The notes under the pieces: model-generated
Told to the model about the DNA's origin: nothing
What the model saw: only the letters and a program-made list of their open reading frames with translations
Databases searched by the model: none
Assembly: GCA_964036045.1 (NCBI GenBank)
Contig: OZ038379.1
Span: 58,342,001-58,406,000 of the forward strand
DNA length: 64,000 nucleotides
Source: Eutreptiella sp. 'Long Island Sound 2002'
Taxonomy: Eukaryota > Protista > Euglenida
Reading direction: 5' to 3'
Shown here: in pieces, positions 57,650-64,000 of the stretch
How the letters are laid out: each line of letters starts with the position of its first letter
Position numbering within the stretch: position 1 is the first letter of the stretch
Made by a program: the position numbers and the translations under genes

Positions 57650-60600
57650 CCCCCCAGCCCGTGGGACCGTGCCACTGGGGGCTACCATCCCTCGCAAGCA
57701 ACCCTTAGGCTGCGATGACCGACTGGGCAGCACTCCGCATCCCGCCGGCCTGTGGGGCAGCGCTGTTGGGGCATGCCATCCCCCGCATGCGCCTCTTAGG
57801 CTCCGACCACTAACTAGGCAGGATTCCCTGTCGCCCCGAAGGCGCTGCGTAGGCTGTGACTAGGGACTGGGTAGGACTCCCCGTCCCCAGCACGTGGGGC
57901 TGCGCCATTAGGGCTGCGATCGCGTGCAGGCGCCCCTTAGGCTGCGACCACCGACTGGGTAGGACTCCACGTCCCCCCAGCCCGTGGGCCCACACCAATG
58001 GGGGCTGCAATCCTGCAATCCTCCGCCGGCGCCCCTTAGGCTACGACCACCGACTGGGTAGGACTCCCCGTCCCCCTAGCCTGTTAGCCCGCACCATTGG
58101 GGGTTGCCATCCCCTGCAGGCGCTCCTTTGCCAGCGGCCACGGAATAACCTGGACCCCCTGTCCTCCCCAGCATCTGGGCCCCCGCCATTGGGGGCTGCC
58201 ATCCCCCGCAGGCACCCCTTAGGCTGCGACCATCAATTGCGTAGGACTCACCATCCCCCCCACCCGTGAGCCCGCACCATTGGGGGCTGCCGTCCCCCGC
58301 AAGCGCTCCGTAGGCTGTGACCGCCATCAAGAGTCCGCGTCACCCCAGCCCCAATGGTCAGCGCCATTGGGGGCCGCAATCTCCGGTAGGAGGTCTTTGG
58401 GCTGCGACCCCCATATGAGCCGGACCCCCCTTACCCGCAGCCCATGGGCCCGCGCCATTGTGGCATGCCATCTCCTGCCGGCAACGATTAGACTGCAACC
58501 AATGATTGGGTAGGTTTTTTCATCCCCCCACCGAGTGGACCTGCACCATTGGGGGCTGCCGCCCCCCGCAGATGCTCCATATGGTGCGACCAGCAACTAG
58601 CCATGACACCCTGTCCCGCCATCCATAGGCCCGCGCTAGTGGGCGTTGCCATCCCCCCGCAGGCGCTCTGTAGGTGACCACCACCCACTGCCATCCCTCG
58701 CCAGCACTCCTTAGGCTCCAACCACCCTCTTGGTAGGAATCCCCGTCCCCAAAGGCAGTGGGCCCGTGTCATTGGGGGCTACCATCCACTGCAAGCGCAC
58801 CGTAGGTTGCGAGCAGCCTCTAGGCACGACGCCCCGTCCCCCAGCCAGTGGGCCGGCGCCATTGGGGGCTACCATCCCCCGCTGGTGCCCCTTAGGCTGC
58901 GACAACCGACTACGCAGGACTCCCCATCCCCACAACCACTGGGCCCACGCGGTTGGGGGCGACCATCCCAAGCAAACGCTCTGTAGGCTGTGACCGTTGA
59001 CTAAGCTCGACTCCTCGTTTCACAAGCCCGTGGGTCCGCACCATTGGGGCCTGCCAGAGGGTCCTTTGGCTGCGACCACCAACTGAGGTGAACTCGTCCC
59101 CACCGCCCGTGGGCCCACGCCGTTGGGGGCCTCCATCCCCCGCAGGCGCTCCGTAGGCTGCCACTGCTTAGTGGGGAGGACCCCCCGTCCCCCCAAACCA
59201 TGAGCCAGTGCCATTGGGGGCTACCGTCCCCCGCAAGCGCTCCGTAGGCTGCGAACACCGACTGAGCTGGACTCCGTGTCCCCCAGCAAGTGCGTCCGCG
59301 TCTTTAGGGCATGCCGTTCTTCGCAAGCGCTGGGTAGGATGTAACCAGTGACTAGGTAGCACCCCCCCCGCCGCCCAAAGCGTGTGGGCCCGCGCCATTG
59401 GGGGTTGCCATCCCCCGCAGGTGCCCCATAGATTGCTACCACCGAAGGAGCAAGACTCCCAGCTCAGTCGGCGGTTGCAGCCTACGGAGCGCTTGCGGGT
59501 GATGGTCGCCCCCCAATTGGCGTGAGCCCACGGGCTGGGGGGACGGGGAGTACTGCCTAGTCCGTAGTCGCGGCCTGCAAAGTGCTTGCGGAGGATGGTG
59601 GCCCCCAATAGTGCGAGCCCACGGGCGGGGGGGTTGGGGAGTTCTGCCCAGTTTGAGGTCGCATCCTATGAAGCGCTTGCAGGGGACGGGAGGCCACCAA
59701 CAGCGCGGGCCCACGGGCTAGCGGGAAGGGGAGTCCTGCCCAGTAGGTGGTCGCGGCCTAAGAAGCGCGAGTGGGGGATGACATCTGCCAATGGCACGGG
59801 CTTAGGGGCTAGGGGAACAGGGAGTCCCGCCGATCTTGTGGTTGCAACCTACGGAGGATTGGCGGGGGGCGACAGCCCCCAACAACGCGGGCCCTAGGCC
59901 GGTGGATAGGCAGTCCTCTGCAAGAAGTCGTCGTAGCCTAAAGAGGGCCTACGGGCGATGGCAGCTCCCAATGGCGCGGGCTGACGGGCTATGGGGACTA
60001 GGAGGACGCGGAGTCCTTACCTGGCCGGCGGTCGTAGCCTACGGAGCGTTTGCGGGGGACAACAACCCCCAATAGCGCAGGCCCACAGGCCGGGGAAACA
60101 GAAAGTTCTGCCTAGCTGGCGGTCGCAGCCCACACAGCGCTTGCGGGGGAAGGTAGTCCCCAATGGCGCGAGCTCACGGGCTGGGGGGACGGAGATACCT
60201 TCCGAGTATGTGGTCCCAGCTTACAAAGCGGCTGCGGGGAACGGCAGCCCCGAATGGCGCAGGCCCATGGGTTGGGCGGACTCGGAGGCCTGCACAGCCG
60301 GTGGTTGCAGCCTACGGAGCGCCTACACGGGACAACAGAGCCCCGAAGGGCACGGGCCCACGGGCTTCGGGGACGAGGAGTCCTGCCCGGTCAGTGGTGG
60401 CGGCCTAAAGGGCGCCTGCGAGGGAGAACAATCCATAGGCGCGGGCCACAGGCTAAAGGTACAGGGAGTCCTGCCGAACAGGTGGTTGCAGCCTACGGAG
60501 CACCTGCGGGGAACGGCAGCCCGCAATGGTGCAGGCTCACGGGCTAGGTGGACAGGGTGTCTTGCCCACTCCGTGATTGTAGCCTAAAGGGCGCTTGCGT

Positions 60601-63600
60601 GGGATGGTAGCCCCCCATGGTGCGGGCCCACGGGCTGGGGAACGGGCGGTCTTGCCCAACCCGCGGCCGTAGCCTACAGAGTGCTTGTTGGCAATGGCGC
60701 GGGTTTACGCGCTTTGGGGATGGGCAGTCCCGCCAAGCCGACGGTCGCAACCTACAGAGCGCTTGCGGGGGACGGCAGCCCCCAATGGCGCGGACTCATG
60801 GGCCGGGGGGACGGAGTGTCCAAGTGAGTCGGTGGGTGCGGCCTAAGAAGTGCCATCGGGGGATGGCAGCCCCTGATGGCAGTGGCCCAGTGGCTGTGGG
60901 GACGGGGAACCGTGCTCAGCCGGCGGTCGCAGCATACAGAGCGCTTGCGGGCGACACCCGCTCCCAATGGCGCGGGCTGACGGGCCGGAAGGATGGGGAG
61001 TAAGGCGTGGTTGGTGCTCGCAACGTACGGGGGATGGGAGCTGCCGATGGCACGATCCCCTGTGTCGGTGGGACGGGGAGTCGAGCTCCGTGTGTGTACG
61101 AAGCCAAAGCAGCCCTTGCGGGTGATGGCAGCCCCAAATGGCGCGGGCCCACGGGCCGGGGGGATGGGAAAAGTAGCTCGGTCGGTGGTCGTAGCCAAAA
61201 GAGCGCCTTGGCGGATGGTCACCCCCAATGGCCTGAGTTAATGGGTTGGGGACGGGGTGTCCTACCTTGTCCCTGATAGCCGACTGCGCAGCGCTTGGGG
61301 GGGACACGGCCGCTGCCAATGTCGCGGGCCCACGGGCCGAGGGCCCGGGGAGTCCTGCTCAATCACTGGTCGCAACCAAAAGAGTGCCTGCGGGGGATGG
61401 CAGCCCCCAATGGTGCGGGCCCATGGTCCGGGGGGCTGGGCGGGGATTCTAGCTCAATGGGTGGTCGCAAACCAAGAGATGCCTGTGGGAGCTGGCAGGA
61501 CGCGGAGTACTGCGTATTCCGTTGTCGCAGCCTATGGGGCGCCTGCAGGGGATGGCAGCCCCGAACGGCGCGGGCCCACGGGCCGGTGGGGCGGGGAGTC
61601 CCGCTTAGTCGGTGGTCGAAGCCAAAGGAGCACTTGTAGGCGATGGCAGCACCAATGGTGCTGGCTCACCGGCTAGGGGGACGGGGAGTCCTGTTCAATC
61701 CGTGCTCGCAACAAAAAGAGCGCCTGCGGTGCATGGCAGCCCTCAACGGTGCGGGCCCACGGCCGGGCAAGACGGGGATTCAAGCTTAGTTGGTGGTCGC
61801 AACCAAAAGGGCGCCTGCGGGGGATGGCAGCCTGCAATGGTGCGGAATCACCAGCTGGGGGGACTATGAGTCCTGCGCATTCGGTGGTCGCAGCCTATGG
61901 TGCGCCTGCAAAGGATGGCGGCCTCAAATGGTGTCGGGCCACGGGGTGGGGGAACGGGAATTCCAGCAGAGTTGGTGGTCGTAGCCAAAGGGGCACCTGC
62001 GGGGGATGGCAACCGGCAATGGTGCGGGCTCACCGGTTGGGGGACAGGAAGTCCTTCGCATTTCGTGGTCGCAGCCTATGGGGCGTCTGCAGGGGATGGG
62101 AGCCCCCAATGGTGCGGGCCCACGGGCCGGGGGGGTGGGGAGTCCCACTCAGTCAGTGGTCGCAGCCAAAGGAGCACTTGTAGGCGATGGCAGCACCAAT
62201 GGTGCTTGCTCACCGGCTAGGGGGACGGGGAGTCCCGTTCATTCCGTGCTCGCAATAAAAAGAGTGCCTGCGGGGGCCGGCAGCCCTGAACGGTGCGGGC
62301 CCGGGGGCCGGGGGGACGGGGATTCAAGCTTAGTTGGTGGTCGCGGCCAAGAGGGCACCTGCGGGGGATGCAAGCCCCCAATGGTGCGGGATCACCTGCT
62401 GGGGGGGCTGCGAGTCGTGCGCATGCGGTGGTCGCAGCCTATCTATGGGGCGCCTGCAAGGGATGGCAGCCTCGAATGGTGTTGGCCCATGGGCCGGGGG
62501 GGCGGGTTTTCAAATTGAGTTGGTTGTCGCGGCCAAAGGGGCGCCTGCGGGGGACGGCGGCCCCCAATGGTGCAGGCCGATGGGCCAGGGGGACGTAGGC
62601 TATGTGGCGCCTGCAAGGGATGGCAAGCCCGAATGGCGCGGGCCCACCGGCCGGAGGGACGGAGAGTCCCGCTCAGTCATTAGTCGCAGCCAAAGGAGCA
62701 CTTGTAGGCGATGGCAGTGACACCGACGTAGACGGTGTATTCGGCCGCCACGATGGCGGGGGGTCGCACTGCTTAGCCTCTAGCAATGCAAGGAGACTAC
62801 GCCCAGGCTGACTGGGAGAGGGTGGTGGTGATGGTGACCACACCTTGGCACCATTGTTATTGATACTAGGGACTACTATACAGTTTGGGTATGGTACTGT
62901 ACAAGCTTTGTGCACAGCGCGCACAGCGCGGGCACAACGCGATACGCCCCCCATGGCCCTCGGGGACAGGGAGTCTAGCTGAGCCGGTGGTCGCAGCCTA
63001 TGGATGCTAGCCTCCAATGGCGCGGCCCCACGGGCTACGGGGACGGAGAGTCCAGCCTAGTTGGCGGTCGCAGCCTATGGAGCACTTGCGGGGAATCGAG
63101 GCACCCAAAAAACGACGCATGCCCGGCCCAAGGGCTAGTCATAGTATTAGAGCCAACTGTAGTTACCGGCACTAGACTTGCTGTCCAATTGGCACTCATT
63201 GCTTCATCTTTTCTGACGGGGGCACTTGATCGTGAAACACTGCACATGCTTAACAGGGCCAAAAGGCTCTCCGGCTACCACCTAGCAGAATGTTGGGCCG
63301 CACTCTTGGTTGAAGGTATGGCACGAGTTTTGGCAACTGGGCGAATAAGCTCGGCAAGGCTTGGCAGCGAGCTCCAGCCCCTCATTACCCACGGTCGCAG
63401 GATTGCAACCTGCCTCTCCGGCTGCAGCGCAGTCCAACTCTCTAGGGCCCACACCCACCCACTCACTCACCCTGCATACCCCTTCCATTCCGATGCCGCC
63501 ATGGTGGCTGTGGATCGGGGGCCTCCACGTCTTTGATGGTGGCACTTGCGGCAGAGGGGAGACATTGGGGCATGGGACGGGGAGGGGGTGGCATGTGGCG

Positions 63601-64000
63601 CTGGGGTTCAGGTGTTCTCCGTGGACGGGGCCTGGGGTCGGCGGGGGGGGGGGGGGAGTTAGCCGGTGGGGCTGCCCATGTGGGGGCTTTGTGTCGCCCA
63701 TGTGGGTTTTGTGACCGTGCTGCCATCACCTACAGGCGCCCCATAGGCTGCGAGCACCAATGGCGCAAGACACCCCGTCCCTCTAGGCGGTGAGCCCTCA
63801 CCATTGGGGGCCCCCATCCCCCGCAGGCGGTTCTTGGGCTGCGACCACCGACTGAGCTAGATGCACCGTCCCCCGGCCCGTGGGCCCGCACCATTGGGGG
63901 CTGCCATCCCCTGCAGGTGCCCCATAGGCTGCGACCACGGAATGCGAAGGATTTCCCGCCCCCAACCGGCGAGCCCGCACCATTGCTGGCTGCCATCCCC
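57650..64000. repeat. About 90-bp GC-rich satellite with orientation switches
   Basis: The unit is GGGCCCGCACCATTGGGGGCTGCCATCCCCCGCAGGCGCTCCGTAGGCTGCGACCACCGACTGGGTAGGACTCCCCGTCCCCCAGCCCGT-like. It is forward at 57650-59460, reverse at 59461-63090 (with an insert at about 62720-62950) and forward again from about 63715. Confidence 0.95.

Overview
This is a repeat-dense eukaryotic nuclear window. It is probably from a photosynthetic euglenid, which I infer from a TMD-transit-TMD bipartite plastid leader, TTAGGG-like repeats and AG acceptors just upstream of ATGs. One intact host gene can be reconstructed. It is a 5-exon minus-strand gene (20665-12675, about 600 aa, four GT-AG introns with matching phases) encoding a plastid-targeted RqcH/NFACT-like protein that lacks NFACT-N and HhH. 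Nearly everything else is satellite DNA or nested mobile elements. There are five satellite families with periods of about 47, 149, 72, 61 and 90 bp, and two of them are built from palindromes. The mobile elements are a 5'-truncated non-LTR element, a decayed L1/Tx1-like LINE with the order APE-RT-CCHC-RNase HI, several MITE/TIR families, a captured Ty3/gypsy RT-RNaseH fragment and a tRNA-Lys-derived sequence. The most notable element is a decayed, intron-containing DDE transposase (47227-50537) whose motif series follows RAG1/Transib. All assignments come from reading motifs by eye. No database searches were run, and the RAG1 motifs used for comparison are recalled from memory and need checking.
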